Source of the DNA: Octopus vulgaris
Lineage: Eukaryota
Length of the DNA stretch: 64,000 nucleotides
NCBI GenBank assembly: GCA_951406725.2
Contig: OX597833.1
Span: 8,990,001-9,054,000 of the forward strand
Direction of reading: 5' to 3'
Program-made: the position numbers and the translations under genes
Part shown: one piece after another, positions 50,642 through 64,000 of the stretch
Layout of the letters: every line of letters begins with the position of its first letter
Position numbering within the stretch: position 1 is the stretch's first letter
Notes under the pieces: generated by a model
What the model was told of the DNA's origin: nothing
The model's database searches: none
What the model saw: the letters and a program-made list of their open reading frames with translations, nothing else

Positions 50642-51242
50642 CTCTCTCAGCCGTTGTGTCCAACTTTGCCCTCCACCTGGGGCTCCTCAACAAAATCATA
50701 AATAGTTGCATACACAGCTCAAGAGTAATAATTGCAAACAAATTAATGGACAGAATCACAAAAAAAAAAGGTTCAGAACCCTAACAACCCTAGGCCTATC
50801 TTTCAAGCAGCATCTTTGTTCATCTGAATTGTTACTTTCCTCATCGCTTTCGCCAGTTTCATTGTCCGAATCACTCTCATTGTCTGCAGAAGTGGAAACT
50901 CTTCACCCAAAGAATAAATACCATCAATAATTTCTTCAACTGCTAAGAGTCTGGGCCCCGTTTGTTTACCAGACAAAGCACTGGATTCCTCATACCCGTG
51001 TTTCTTCACAAAGGATCCTTTTTTTTCCGATTAAAGACCAAAGTAAACAACAGCTATGGAGAACATCGTTAACAATGGATCTCCAACACACTCCACTACA
51101 AAGCTGCAACACGATCGGTTGTCGGTTCCAGGGAAGTTTATCTGCTTTTTCTCTGTGTGTTGTTCGTTAGAGATTTAAGGGGAATCTGGCAGAGATTTCA
51201 TTCAGGCTGTTCTCAGTATACTGGGGACATGGCATTATAGGG
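50642..51242 (-). mobile_element. piggyBac-like non-autonomous element, copy 2 (presumed USF intron)
   Basis: Flanked by TTAA (50638-50641 and 51243-51246); reverse complement of copy 1. Confidence 0.65.
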
Positions 51243-52859
51243 TTAAACAATTTGACAGCATGAGGTATATTATACAAATGACTAAGGAATACTCAACCAG
51301 TTTCATGTTTTGTCAGTAAATACTTCCACATACTATTAAAACTGATGTAAGATCCATTTTTAACTAACAACAAATGTTAAATATCTTAATATTTTGGCTG
51401 AGAGGCAGCCAAGTGTGAAGGGGTTTACAGTTGATAATTAGTTCCAGGTGAGTCTTAATCCTATAACCAAAGATATACCAACCATGACCATTCCTTCTTT
51501 ACAGCTATCCAGAATATATATTATCCAATGTATCCTATCTCTGTTGAGATAGAAGCATGTGGTTGGAGAAGGATTTGGGTGCTATTTTTAGCAAGTCAAG
51601 TAATCACATATATGATTCTATTGCAGACAATGCCAACAGTCATTTGTTTTATAAAACAGCGACAACAGAAGCTGTTGACTGTGACAGAGAACAAACCACA
51701 AGACAAAACTGTTTAGCGAAGAAAGAAGTGTTCAGACCAACTGGAAATGGTTGAAATGATAAAACAGGGAGAGGGCTGCAATTCCGTCCTGATCTGATCC
51801 TATATTTTATAGAATTATTGAACAATATGAATAATGTTTGGGTTCTTTTAGAAAATTCCAGCAATGAAAGGAATGCATTTTAGGTCAGCTGTCATGAATA
51901 GCGGCTGTTGGTGGTGGAATTTCCAGCTCCACAACTCTTTTAGTTTCTGCTGCTATCAATAAACCATTAGAAATAAAAGCAAGAACACTGGTAAAACAAC
52001 TACAACACTATTTATGGTGTTTACAACAGAAACATATACATACATGTGTTGTGTATTTATACTGCGTGTGTGTGTGTATTTATACACACATATACATACA
52101 TGGGTGTATCATCATCATTTAATGCCCACTGTCCATGCTGGCATGGGTTGGACGGTTTGACCAGAGCTGGCAAGCTGGAAGACTGCACCAGACTCCAGTG
52201 TGATTTGGTATGGTTACTATAACTGGATGCGCTTCCTAAAGTCAACCACTCTGAGACTGTAATGGGTGCTTTTATGTGCCACTGACATGGGTGTCATTTG
52301 TGTGACACCTCCACCTGCCATGACTAGGATTTTACTTAGCTTGATGGGTCGTCTTCTCAAACATGGCAAAGGTGTCGGTCATTCATCATTGCCCCTATGA
52401 GGCCCAACACATGAAAGATGCTTTACATATGCCACCAGCATTGGCCACCTTGCCTCTGTGAGCTCCAACGCTCGAAAGGTGCTTTTTACGTGTCACAGCA
52501 TGGGTGCCAGTTACGTGTCACCAGCATGTGCCACAACTAATATAGATACAAATACACATTTGACCCATGCAAGCATGGAGAAGTGGACACTAAACAATGA
52601 TTATACACACACACACACATCTACAGACATTAAGGGGGATGCACAAAAGAAAGTATGATAAGTGTAGGTGGCAATAAGAAAAGGTAGATCAAAGGGCAAG
52701 AAAGTGAAGAAATACCTTCTGCATGTCCTGTCAGCTGAACATCATCTGATCCATTGGAGTCATTTGTTTTATCTTGGCTGAAACATTCAAGTGAAATAAC
52801 ATTTTATTATGCATACATCTCTCTCTCTCTCTCGCTCTCTCTTTATATATAAAATATTG

Positions 52860-54340
52860 TAAAGTATTGTTTCTAGAATAAGTAGAGGATGGAGGAAGTT
52901 CAGAGAGCAAATTGCCTCTGTTGGCAACAAAAGGACTCTCTCAGAGCGAAAGGTAGACTGTATGATACTTGTGTGCAGACCAGCTATACTCCATGGTAGG
53001 GGGACATGGGCTCTGAATGCAGAAAACATATGCTCCACTGGATGTGCAACATCAGTGCACATGTACGACAAAGTGCAAATGTATTGAGAGAAAAGTTGGG
53101 CATAAGAGGAATCAAATGTAGCATGCAAGAGAGAAGACTCTGTTGGTTTGGACATGTGATGCGTATGAATGAGGGCAGCTGCATAAAGAAGTTCTGATCA
53201 CTGAAAGTGGAGGGGACCCACAGAAGAGGGAGACCCATGGGATGAAGTGGTAAGGACCTATCTCAGGATGTTGGGTCTCACAAGAAGAAGAAATGACAAT
53301 GGACCAAGATGTCTGGAGATATGAGGTTCTTGAGAAGACCTGCCCACATCAGCAAAAGTGAGTTCTAGAAGTGCTGTGTCCCACCCACATAAAAAGAAAA
53401 CTTCTCACACACTCTATCACAAAAAAACAAACTGCATCTCTTTTCTTCCTCCCATTTTCACTTCTTTACTGCCCCCCCCACTCCCCAATCCCATCCTTTT
53501 GGCTCTGTCTCACTGTATTATTGCTATCCACTAGCACCCCCACCTCACCTGCGTTCCACCCACACATAACAAGAAAACTTTCCACACGCCTACCCCCAAC
53601 AAACCACTTTACATCTTTCTTCCCCACATTTCCTCCTCCTTCATACACTATGCCTACCTCTCACTCCCCAACCCTGTCCTCACAGCCCTATTTCTCTGCA
53701 TCCGTAGACCCCTCCCCACAATTCTATATACCAAGGTTTTCGCCACCCACTTCCCCTCCCCACACTCTGATCATGCTTCTTTGGCAATATCCTGCCACTT
53801 ATATTATGACCTTTGAACCTCAAGGGTATGCCCTGGCACTTCCCACCATTTATACCTCCCTCTGCCTTTACTCAACCATCCATTTTTATTCTGATCACTG
53901 TCCCTTGTGAATATGCCCAGCACTTTGCCACCATTTCTATCCTGCTATCTCCCACTCTCTCTCTCTCTCTTTCTCCTGCACTTCCCTCAGGTTGGGTAAC
54001 CAGGTCTCTCCTTTGCAGCAACACACCTATTTTTGTCCTCATTCCTGATCTCTCTCTCTCTCTCTCTCTCTGGCCAAGTAACCTTGTACCTCCTCTACAG
54101 CAAGACACCTGTTTCTGTCTCTCTATAACCATTCATCATCTGACACAAGATCACCCCCTCCAATGCCCCCCTTCTCCTCTCAAAAGATGTTTGTCTTGCA
54201 GGTTACTTGGTGACCCTTTCAGTGCAGGTGCCACTTAAAAAACAATCCAGTCCACACTGTAAAGTGGTTGGCATTTGGAAAGGCATCCAGCTGTGAAAAC
54301 CTTGCCAAAACTGACCTCACTTGTGCCTCGTAAAAAGCAC
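52860..54340 (+). mobile_element. RTE LINE 3' ORF end, C-rich 3' region and V-like cassette
   Basis: LREKLGIRGIKCSMQERRLCWFGHVMRMNE; ggttggcatttggaaaggcatccagctgtgaaaac near 54270-54300. Confidence 0.75.
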
Positions 54341-54401
54341 TAAGTCCAGAAACAACAATAAAAATGTGATTTGGTGGCTTGAATCAGTTGTCATTCACAA
54401 T

Positions 54402-55000
54402 GGATCTTTTCTGTTTGGCTGCCACTTTCCAAGTTCTTTAATTTTGTTCCAATTGATTTCAAATTTGGTGTATTGATATAGTTGCATATACTCATTATTG
54501 ACATAAAATTCATTTTCACCATAAATCAATAAATAAAGAGTTAATAACTTTTAAAGATTGCAAGTTTTAGATAATTCTAGCCAATCAAAAGCCATAAACA
54601 TAGGTGCCTGTTTCCATAGTAACAAGCCAATCATTGGGAACTCTCATGTATAAACTAGGAGTGTTTACAAAAAAAAACATATTTCATTTGTTTCAGTTTT
54701 CTCTGTTTTTAAAACTACAAAATATGTTGTTTACTCATTTTTTGCTTATTAAATGCTTAAAACACATGCTTTCATCACAATGTTGACATTACTGTTTTGT
54801 CACCTTACAATTACAGTCACGCAGAAAACGACAGATTCCAAATCCTGTTTTCTAACTGCATAAAAATGATTAAACTTTAAACCTCTGTAACTTTTTTTAA
54901 AATTTTTTTCTGGAAAAGTGAATTATCTTCTGACACCAAATTTGAAAATTTTCACTTAATTTTAAAATTTTGAAAAAGTGCAACCAAACAGAAAAGCTCC
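54402..55000. mobile_element. MITE-like element
   Basis: Terminal inverted repeats gga(t/g)cttttctgtttgg(c/t)tgc...ttcaaatttggtgt at both ends. Confidence 0.7.
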
Positions 55001-56095
55001 GAAGTGACACCTGTAATATTGGTTTCGAATTTTAGCACCAGGCCAGCAATTTTTGGAGGAGGGGTAAATCGATTACATCAACCCCATTGTTCAACTGATA
55101 CTTATTTTTATGTAATATTGTAGAAAGCATTATACAAAAAAGACATTGCAATCAAGTTCTGCCTTGGTGAGATCTATTCATAATTAATGCAGGATAATTA
55201 GCATTCCTGAAATTCTAGAAGAACTCCTAAGCGCTTTACAGTACCAATTTCTTTCCTTGCACCTCTGAACTTTGGAATCCCCTTCCACAGTCTTTCCTCT
55301 TCAATTTGACCTCCAGTCTCTTCAGTCTAATGTACATCGTCACCTTTTCACTTCTGTCTAGCGTCCATTTTATTCTAGAAGGTCTTACGTTTTCAGTGGT
55401 CTAAGGACCTTGTAACGAGTGAATGCTTAAAAAAAAATTATTCCTTGAGATTACCATCTTTAATTACTGCTGCTGGAAATATGAAAACTTCAGTAATGTC
55501 TAAATAGAGGCCTAGAGGTAAATTATGTTAGGTTAGTGGCCCTAATTCCATGCCACACTCATAACAACATTGATGATTGTACTTTTGTAAGACATGGAAC
55601 TCTTGGTTAGTAACCACCAAGAGTAATCCCGAATGGATGTTATTGTGTTTAGCCTTTTTCATACCAATTCACCTACGACCACCTTTGGTTCTGTCATATA
55701 AACTTCTCAACAGAAAGTAATCTAAATTAAAAGCTTCCATCAAAATTTCATGCTAATTAATGTTTCAAACACCAGAGCACTTCAACAAACACTTCATAAT
55801 GAAAGAGTTAAAATACTTAGGGTCGCAGAGACATAATAGGTAGCAATTGGTCATTCCTGCTTGCAAAAGTTGTTATTATGGATGACTGCAAAGTATCTTG
55901 GAGAAAAGGTAACAATAGGAGTTAAATGAAAGATTTGAAATAACCATTAAGATGGATTCTCAGCCAAGAATGATTCATATGATCATGCCAACTCCAGAAA
56001 GTCTGGTGTAGGTCTGCATCAGCAAGATTTATATTATGGAATTAAAATCAATAAAAAGAGTAGATTTCAGACAGAGTACTTTTGGAAAAAGCTGA

Positions 56096-56216
56096 AAGGA
56101 GAGAAATAAACGATACAGAGCAGAGTTTTACATCTTCAAAGTCACAACCATCTTTTTCTTTTTTTTTTACTTTGAGGATGTAAAACTTTGCTGTGTCTCA
56201 TTTATTTCTCTCTTTT
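56096..56216. repeat. Imperfect hairpin with ~48-bp arms
   Basis: gagagaaataaa...ttttacatcttcaaagt pairs with actttgaggatgtaaaa...tttatttctctc. Confidence 0.8.
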
Positions 56217-57192
56217 CCCCTGAAGAAAGACAATCCAAAATGTTGAATTTTTCACTCCTCATAGCAAGTTCACTGAACTCTTTTTACTACCAGACACACA
56301 AAAGGAAAGATTAAGTAATGTAACTCTCCGCATTCATACACATCACAGGACCAAACCATCACAGTCTTCTCTCTTGCACACTGCATCGAATTTTTCTTCG
56401 GCCTAACTTTGCATATATATACTTTATTGTACATGTAATAAAACACAATGTGTTTCACACTCTGGTCCTGCTGGTAGAGGGAAACTAAAATAGCAAACAG
56501 AGTGGGAATGAGTGACAGTCAGAAATGCTAAATGTAGGTTAACTGTAGTATTGTAATTAAATTGAAACTGCAAATTTCTATTGGAAAATATTTAAATTAT
56601 TAATTTCACACAGACACACACACACATGTATATCATTATTCCATTTTATTTCAAGATTCCTTGCCAATAGAGAAAGAGCTGGGTTCTAACCTAGATCCAA
56701 GGCTCCTTCATTGGAATTTCAACATCAACAACAGGGTATTTTTGTTTGTTTGTATGCAAATTTGTAAGTTTTGTTTTATGTATGTCTTCTCATGCACACA
56801 CTTTCATGTCTAGACATATACTTAAAAGATAATTCTAGAAAGTTTTACAGTTCCAGTGGTTTGGATCTGTAGTCTTGGAATCAGCTTTCTCCTTTCTGGT
56901 TTTAAGAAGCCTGATTTCTCAAGATTGGTATTTAGGCAGTGTGTTACATATCCCAGTGCCCCAAAAATTACAGGTATAAACTTGAACTTTTAATCTGGAT
57001 AGAGTAACTGCAGACTTCTCAATAGTTTAGGTAGGTATTCTCTTTTTCACTGATCTTCAGCTTTATGTTAACATCCAGTGAACAGCTGTTGTATGTATGT
57101 ATGTATATATTTCATTTTCATATATATATGAATAGACCTGTCTTCATCATTTTCAAATATCATTCACATAACATTTATAAATTTTATATATA

Positions 57193-57628
57193 TCTATACA
57201 TATAAAGCTGAAGTTGTCTTTGTGTGTGTGGCAGGTTTGGTAGCCTTCGACTAACACTATCTCCTCCGGGACCCTGTGGCGCAAGTTGACCAAAATGGAG
57301 AGTATGATAGAAGGCTTGCTCTTCATTCCGTAGAAGAAAAAATTCAAATTGGTCCATGTTAAGACCAAAAATTATTTACATCAAAAAGGTGCTTTTTTTC
57401 TATGACAATCCCTATTTTTTACAATTTTTTTACTGCTGTGTTGCCATTTTTCAGTGTATTTCAACCAGAAAAATGTTCACTTAAAGAGAATAACAAGCTA
57501 CATAATGCAAAATTTTTACTTTTCAAAAAAGATTGAAACTATGTCAAAACTTTGTTGACGCGACATTAAAGTCTGTTGTTTTAAGTGCAACTAAAAACAA
57601 ACCCAAGCAACACTGAGCTATACTACTA

Positions 57629-57629
<1 letters not shown>
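57193..57629 (+). mobile_element. Non-autonomous Helitron (related to 7853-8249)
   Basis: A|TC start; aaacccaagcaacactgagctatactaCTAG|T end. Confidence 0.7.
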
Positions 57630-57666
<37 letters not shown>

Positions 57667-57750
57667 TGAAAAGGTCTCAAAATGACCGAAACCGGTACTG
57701 AAATGTTCACTATAAAATTATTTTAGCATTTTCTATTTTTGACTTGTTTC

Positions 57751-57804
<54 letters not shown>

Positions 57805-57807
<3 letters not shown>

Positions 57808-59034
57808 TAAAAAGCTCCCAAACTATTTCTGTAGTATGCCAACAGATGGTAGCACATGGTTGCATGTGCAGTGAGAGCTAGCAGTGACCTTCACGAGGCA
57901 GTGTACCAAGTGACATCACTGTGTCTTCTTTGTAAGTTATGAAATGTCTTTGTGATCACATGTATGTTGTAGTCTGTGATTTTGTCATGGACAGGAAGTC
58001 GAAACAAAGAGCCAACGTGAGATTTTGTGTTAAACCTGGGAAGTCTGCTTCAGAGACATTGAGCATGCTTCGGCAAACTTATGGCAACAAGGTAATGGGT
58101 CATATGCAATGTTTTGGGTGACACAGGCAGTTGAAAAGCAAATGAATGTCTGTGGAAGACCTGCCATGAGCACCACCTCTGGAGAAGTGGAGAAAGTTCA
58201 TCAGCTTGTGCATGAGGATAGTCAGAGAACAATCAACGGCACTGGTATGTCATATGGGTCCATGCAGGCAATCTGAATGTCTGAATTGAACATGTGGTGT
58301 GTTTGTGCCAAGTTTGGCCCCCACCTGCTGACCACTGAACAGAAGGAACATCACGATGAAATCTGTTAAGATCTTCGTCAGCATGCTGCTGATGACCCAT
58401 CTTTCACGTCGAGGAGCGTCACTGAATTGGGTCTGTGGCACCACCCTGAGACAAAGCAGAAGTTGTCGCAATGGAAGAGTGTTTCATCTCCACAACTGAA
58501 GAAGGTACGACAGAGTCGCAGCTCAATCAAGAGCATGTTCACTGTTCTTTTTTCTTTTTTTGACATCCAGAGCATTGTCCATCGAGAATTCCTCTCTCTG
58601 GGCCCAGACTGTCGACTGAGAGTCCTATTCTGATGTTTTGAAGCATTTGAAAGAGGATGCTCAGCAAAAGCAACTCAATCTGTGGAGTGCAAAGAATTGG
58701 GTTCTTCACGACGACAAGGCACCCTGTCACTGAGCTCTCGCGAGTTTCTTGCCAAAGACACCAACATGGTATTGCTTACACCCCTACCCTATTCACAAGA
58801 TTTAGCACCTGCTGTCTTCCATCTCAAAGATCACTGTTTTAACACCATTGTTGAGATCAAGTGTGAACCACAGCAGGTTCTTGACTCACAGAAGATGACT
58901 TCCAGGCCAGAGTCCAAAAGTGGCAGGAACACTTGGGACTGGTCTATTGCTGCACAAGGGAGCTATTTCGAAGGAGATGATGTTAAAACTTAGGTAAATA
59001 AGTTATTTTTCATTAATCATAACTAGTTTGGGAA

Positions 59035-59040
<6 letters not shown>
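57805..59040 (+). mobile_element. Decayed mariner transposon
   Basis: Terminal inverted repeats aaaag(c/t)tcccaaacta within (TA)n; QRANVRFCVKPGKSASET, CAKFGPHLLT, PYSQDLAP, GSYFEGD. Confidence 0.9.
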
Positions 59041-59069
<29 letters not shown>

Positions 59070-62000
59070 CACACACACACACATGTGTATGTGTACAAAA
59101 AAAATAAGAAACACAAATTTCTTTTAAATTCTTTTTGATCTTAATCTATATGTGAGGATACACATGAGGTTTACACCTACAAAACATACAGTAATACAGA
59201 AAACACACACACATACATAATTGGTCACCACAATAGAGAAGGCATTGATTAACCAGGTGTTATAGTAGAAAATGCTTGCTTATAATGCCAAGTAGAGGGA
59301 TTGAAACCCAAAGCAGATGGTTGCAAAGTAAACCTCTGAACCACACAGCTAGAAAATCCTTTGGTGTCAGGATACAACTGCTAACCAGCATCCCAACAAC
59401 AAAGATAATCAGTACAGAGGATTAAAACAATAGCTGGATCATCATTGCTGTTCAACATTAGTCTGCCATGCTGACATGGGTCAGATGGCTTGACAGGAGC
59501 TGCACCAGGTTCCATAGTCTGTTTCGGCATGGTTTCTACAGCCGGACACCCTTCCTAATGCCAACCACTTTACAGGGTGTACTGGGTGCTTTTTATCTGG
59601 CGTCAGCAGCAATACTTCAATGAACTTTCATATTTCCACAAGTGAAAATATTTAAGTGAAATTCAAAAGAAATTTAGCTGATGAAGGTTAATTAGATTTT
59701 CTGATTGACTTGATTGTGTGGAGAGATCAGCACTGAACAGAGATTTAGTTGAATAATTTTAAATTTAAATATACAAGATTATTAGTGAAGAAAAAAGAAA
59801 CAGTAATATTTCACAAATAGAATTGTGATTGATCAGAGATCAATGGTTTCAAATAGAATCAATGACAACCTTGAATGTCGTTTCTGCTTTTGAGGATTTC
59901 AGTTGCATTTCAGACGTTAACATTTGCTTTTACACCTGTTGTGAGATCACCAAACAAGTTTTTATATTTAGTTGTAGGTGGACAGACATGGAAACATTCA
60001 CAGCCATTTTAGGTTTATCCAGACCAGAGAAAAGAGATAATTTGGTGGAATTTGTGTGGCTATTGATTACTTTTAACAAGAGAAGTTTATTTTAAACATC
60101 TAATTTCCCTTGTTAAACCAGCAGATATACACATTATATTATTATATACGTCAAATACTCAGAGCAGAGTCTAGACTGATACTCTATGTCATCACTCTCA
60201 GAATTATACTGATGAAAGCTGAAAGGTAGCTACATATGTAACGAAAACTACTGATGGTCAAATAAGGCCTCTAAGTGGTTGCACAAAATTACTAGAAACA
60301 GCAGTTGAATTTCACTTAATTTTAAACAGCTTAACAAGGAAGGTTACAAAAGCCAATGTGTTCCTATAAACTCTAAAGACAAATGGATGATGTCAGCTGG
60401 CAAGTCTTTGTTCATATAAATCTGCCTGATGAAGGTCGATCTTTGTGATTAAACAGGGGAGGTCACATTAGAGAACTGAATCATCAGATAGCCCTAAAAA
60501 TGAGGGGATTGCGACTGGAATATCTGCTTAACCAAGACATTAGACCAAACAATGTCAACTGGTGATTGTTTAGCTCCAGGTTAACTTAAATCCAGCAGAC
60601 CGAAGACATTCTAACCGTGACCACTCTGCTTTTGTTCAATGTATCTAGAGTCACATCATTTGTGTTATTTTAAAACTGTAGAGTACGATTTAGGGGAGAT
60701 TTGACTGCTATATTTAGCTGACTGAGCAACCATATACAGGTTACTTAGTTCACTCCATTACTGTTGGTGAGAATAGTTAAGGAAGAGTAAAAGTGGTTAT
60801 GACAGTAATATTGTTATTATAATTATTACAGTGGCCAGCTGGCAGAACCGTTAGCGCACCGGCAAAAGGCTTAGCAGCATTTCATCCATCTTTACATTCT
60901 GAGTTCAAATTCCAACAAGGTCAACTTTGCCTTTCATCTTTTCAGGTTCAATCAAGTAAGTACCAGTTGAACACTGGGGTTGATGCAATCGACTTACTCC
61001 TTTTTTGAAATTGATGGCCTTGTGCCAAAATTTGAAATTATTACTATTATCATTATCATTATTATTATTATTATTGAGAGAGCAATGCATGCCAAAGTGA
61101 CACTGGGGTACAAATATACAAAGCCTAATATACCCATCACAACTACCTGTCTGATAAGGGTTTACCAGGTAAATGCATCAACCATATATGTGTGTGACAG
61201 TGATTTCATATCAAGATAAACAGTGCATGATCTTGCAGGTGGGCCCAGTTAGAATTTCTTTAGGGTGAGTAGCCTATCTTGCTCAAAAGGTCTCTGAATA
61301 AGATTTGTTTAAGGATGATGAATGAAACACCCATGTTTCCAGAGGTGAATTATCCAAACCCCAAAGAATTCCTTTCGACATATGGCTATGATGCTTCCCA
61401 ACTACTTCTGCTCGTGATCAGAGATGTACATATCGTCAGCCACCAAGGGACAGACTAGTTAAGATCAAGCAACTGACAAGCAAATCTGATGCGGATTATT
61501 ATCATCATTACTCGATTTCAAATTTTGGCACAAAGCCAAAAATTTCAGGGGAGCAGGTAAGTCAATTACATTTACTCCAGGGCTCAACAGATGCTTTTAT
61601 TAACCCTGCAAAGATAAAAGGCAAAGTCAACCTCAGGGAAATTTGAACTCAGAACGTAAAGACAAACAAAATGCCAAGTGGCATTTCATCTGTCTTCAAA
61701 TTCCACTGAGATTCACTTTGCCTTTCATCTTTTCAGGGTTGATAAAATAAAAGTACCAGTTGTGCACTGGGGTTGATGTAAGTGACTTACTCCCACCTCT
61801 CAAATTGTTGGCCTTGTGCCAAAATTTGAAACTATTATCATTATTGCTATTAGTAGTAGCAGCAGTAGTTGTCTAGAATGTTGCTCATGACTTTGCATAC
61901 GATATTAGACAGTACAAGAGCCAATTTGTAATCCTCCATTGGCCCTAAGACGAGGACTTGCCCTCTTCTCCGTTTTACATTGAAACCTTAGTAATGGTAA

Positions 62001-63099
62001 ATTCCTGACATTACATACATCAACAACTGGCTACATACTGTGGTGGTGTGGACAGAACTGTTAGTTTCTTGTGAAGAGAACACATGTAAAAGCATGTCAT
62101 AAGGATAACGGACATTTAGATATTGAGAGAAGTCATGGTAAAGGGACCACCACCGGCAATTGTTGGCTCAATATTGTTAGGTGAGGAAGTGAAAGATTGG
62201 AGTATCTCCAGAGGTGGTCTTTTAGAACTAGATTTAGGGGACAACAGATAATTTGTTTGATATAAATACGACTGAGAATGAGTAGGGTCAGTAAGTCTGA
62301 ATAAGGATCTCTTCTAGCCTAGGGTCCTGCCTGCAAGAGCTGACCTCCTGCTTTTCTCTTTTAAATGGTGAGATATGCCAGAGATTACTTTGCCATCGAG
62401 TGAAACATTTACGAATTAAACAATGTCCCCACTACTTGCAGCACTTAACTGTACTTCTTTACATGTATGTGGACTGAGCTGTTTAGGGACGACAACAACA
62501 ATCATAAATGAACCTCAGTGATGAACAGATCAACGTCCCAGGCCACACCCCACTCTCTTACTTTGTCTCTGCTCATTCACCAATCCTTTCACACAGCGTA
62601 ACAAGTGCATATTTCCATAGGACCACTACTAATGAGATTCTTTGCCCAACACAAGGGCTCTCACTAATCTACATTGTCTCTGTTCTTTTGGCTCAGGAGA
62701 GACAGTGATGGCAAGGCATAACGGAAGAGAGACAGTAATGGTAGGGTGCATAATGAGAGAGAAAGGTAGTGATAAATGCTTCAAGTGAGGAAGAGAGTAA
62801 GTTGAGATGGCAATAGTGAGAGTGATGAGAGGAAATGGAAGTGATGGCTGCTAGTATAACAGGGGGCTAAATAGAGGGCTATATCAGATACTCAACCTCA
62901 GGAAACTGATTTGGATGATAGCACAGAAGGGACGGAATGATTTACCCTGATGACATTGTTGGCACAAAGCGAATAATAGAGGGGAAGAAGGATTGATAAA
63001 GAAGCGAGTATTGGATACAGCTTGCCTCCTACTTTTTATTGCAAGCAGAGGTAAAATAGCTCCTTCAATTTTACCCAGTTTATTCATATTTTTTGGCCC

Positions 63100-63490
63100 C
63101 TATGCTTTCAGAATACCCACTCCCATGCCAATTAGGTCACCTAAACAATAGAAACTAATAACTTCTGGGCATCTGAGAGAATCTACTTTCCATGTGCCTT
63201 ATTGTCCCCTTTGCACCTACTGCATGTGCCTTCCATCTCTGTTACCCTGCCCATGATCCCATCTGTCATACAGCATCCATGGTTTACACTGGGTACGCAG
63301 TTAGTAATTTCTACATCCCCCTTTTCAGACGTCAAGCAGAGCCATTTCACTGATAATGATAAGGACCTGTCTTCTTTCCTACTAATTAAACCTTTAACCT
63401 CTGCTAAGTTTATGGTGAGGCTTCCTCATTCCACATTTTGTTTCCATGACTCAAAGTTTTTCCCTATATCGTCTACAGATTTAATAAGTT
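63100..63490 (-). mobile_element. Old RTE LINE fragment
   Basis: Minus strand SLTINLAEVKGLI..YCLGDL resembles the other RTE copies. Confidence 0.5.
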
Positions 63491-64000
63491 AGGCAATTTA
63501 TTTTACCTTAAAAATTGTTTGATTTTAACCTTATTTTCATACTTCTTTAACCTTATTATTATAATGAAGAAATCCATAAACATTGGGGAGTAGATTCTAG
63601 TTTTTGACGATATAAGAGTATTATCAAAACAATTGAAGAAAGTGACTTTTGTGGAAATTGATTCTCGTTTGATATGTCATAATGCTTCATATTTGTAGGC
63701 CAAAAATTCCTGTCTTTTGTAAGCATTGTGGCTGGTGAAAGGATTCAGCTTCCAAAATCAACTCTTCCAACAGCAGATATTTGGAACAGATTCGGGTGAG
63801 GTTAGTCCTGATCTTAGGATTTCCCACAGCTTCTTCCACTCTTTGCACCAAAATGCTTTTGCCCTCAAAACCACAATTTTTCTAACTTGTGTGTAAGGCC
63901 CTTGCTACAGCAAATGCAGGCATCTAACCAGCTGCCTGACTTGGTCACAAGTGGCTAAATTACTTTCAACAGTGTTTGCTTTTAACAGTAGCAGCCTTGA

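Noticed and set aside
53371-53910. 179-aa P/S/T-rich ORF
   Set aside because: It is C-rich low-complexity sequence in a retroelement 3' region.
48600-64000. USF 5' exons or promoter
   Set aside because: No QYQFR-like exon or clear promoter was recognised; they may lie beyond the window or be too diverged to see.

Overview
This is AT-rich, microsatellite- and retroposon-dense animal genomic DNA; the repeat repertoire suggests a coleoid cephalopod, probably Octopus (inference). It holds the 3' parts of two convergent spliced genes. On the + strand is an RBCK1/HOIL-1 orthologue (NZF plus RING1-IBR-RING2 RBR E3 ligase; 7 coding exons, 359-29744). On the - strand is a USF bHLH-ZIP transcription factor (5 coding exons, 48508-41069). 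Neither 5' end was found. The rest is decayed transposons (R4/Dong-like and RTE LINEs, Penelope-like elements, mariner and maT-like DNA transposons, non-autonomous Helitrons, MITEs, two SINE families) and simple repeats. Highlights: (1) an intact-looking type I hammerhead ribozyme at the 3' end of a Penelope remnant, with several degenerate relatives; (2) two inverted piggyBac-like copies, one in an intron of each gene, with an apparent conversion tract; (3) frame-preserving splice options and a Cys/His-substituted zipper in USF; (4) a ~757-bp purine-free (CTT)n tract. All alignments were done by eye, and transposon boundaries are approximate.
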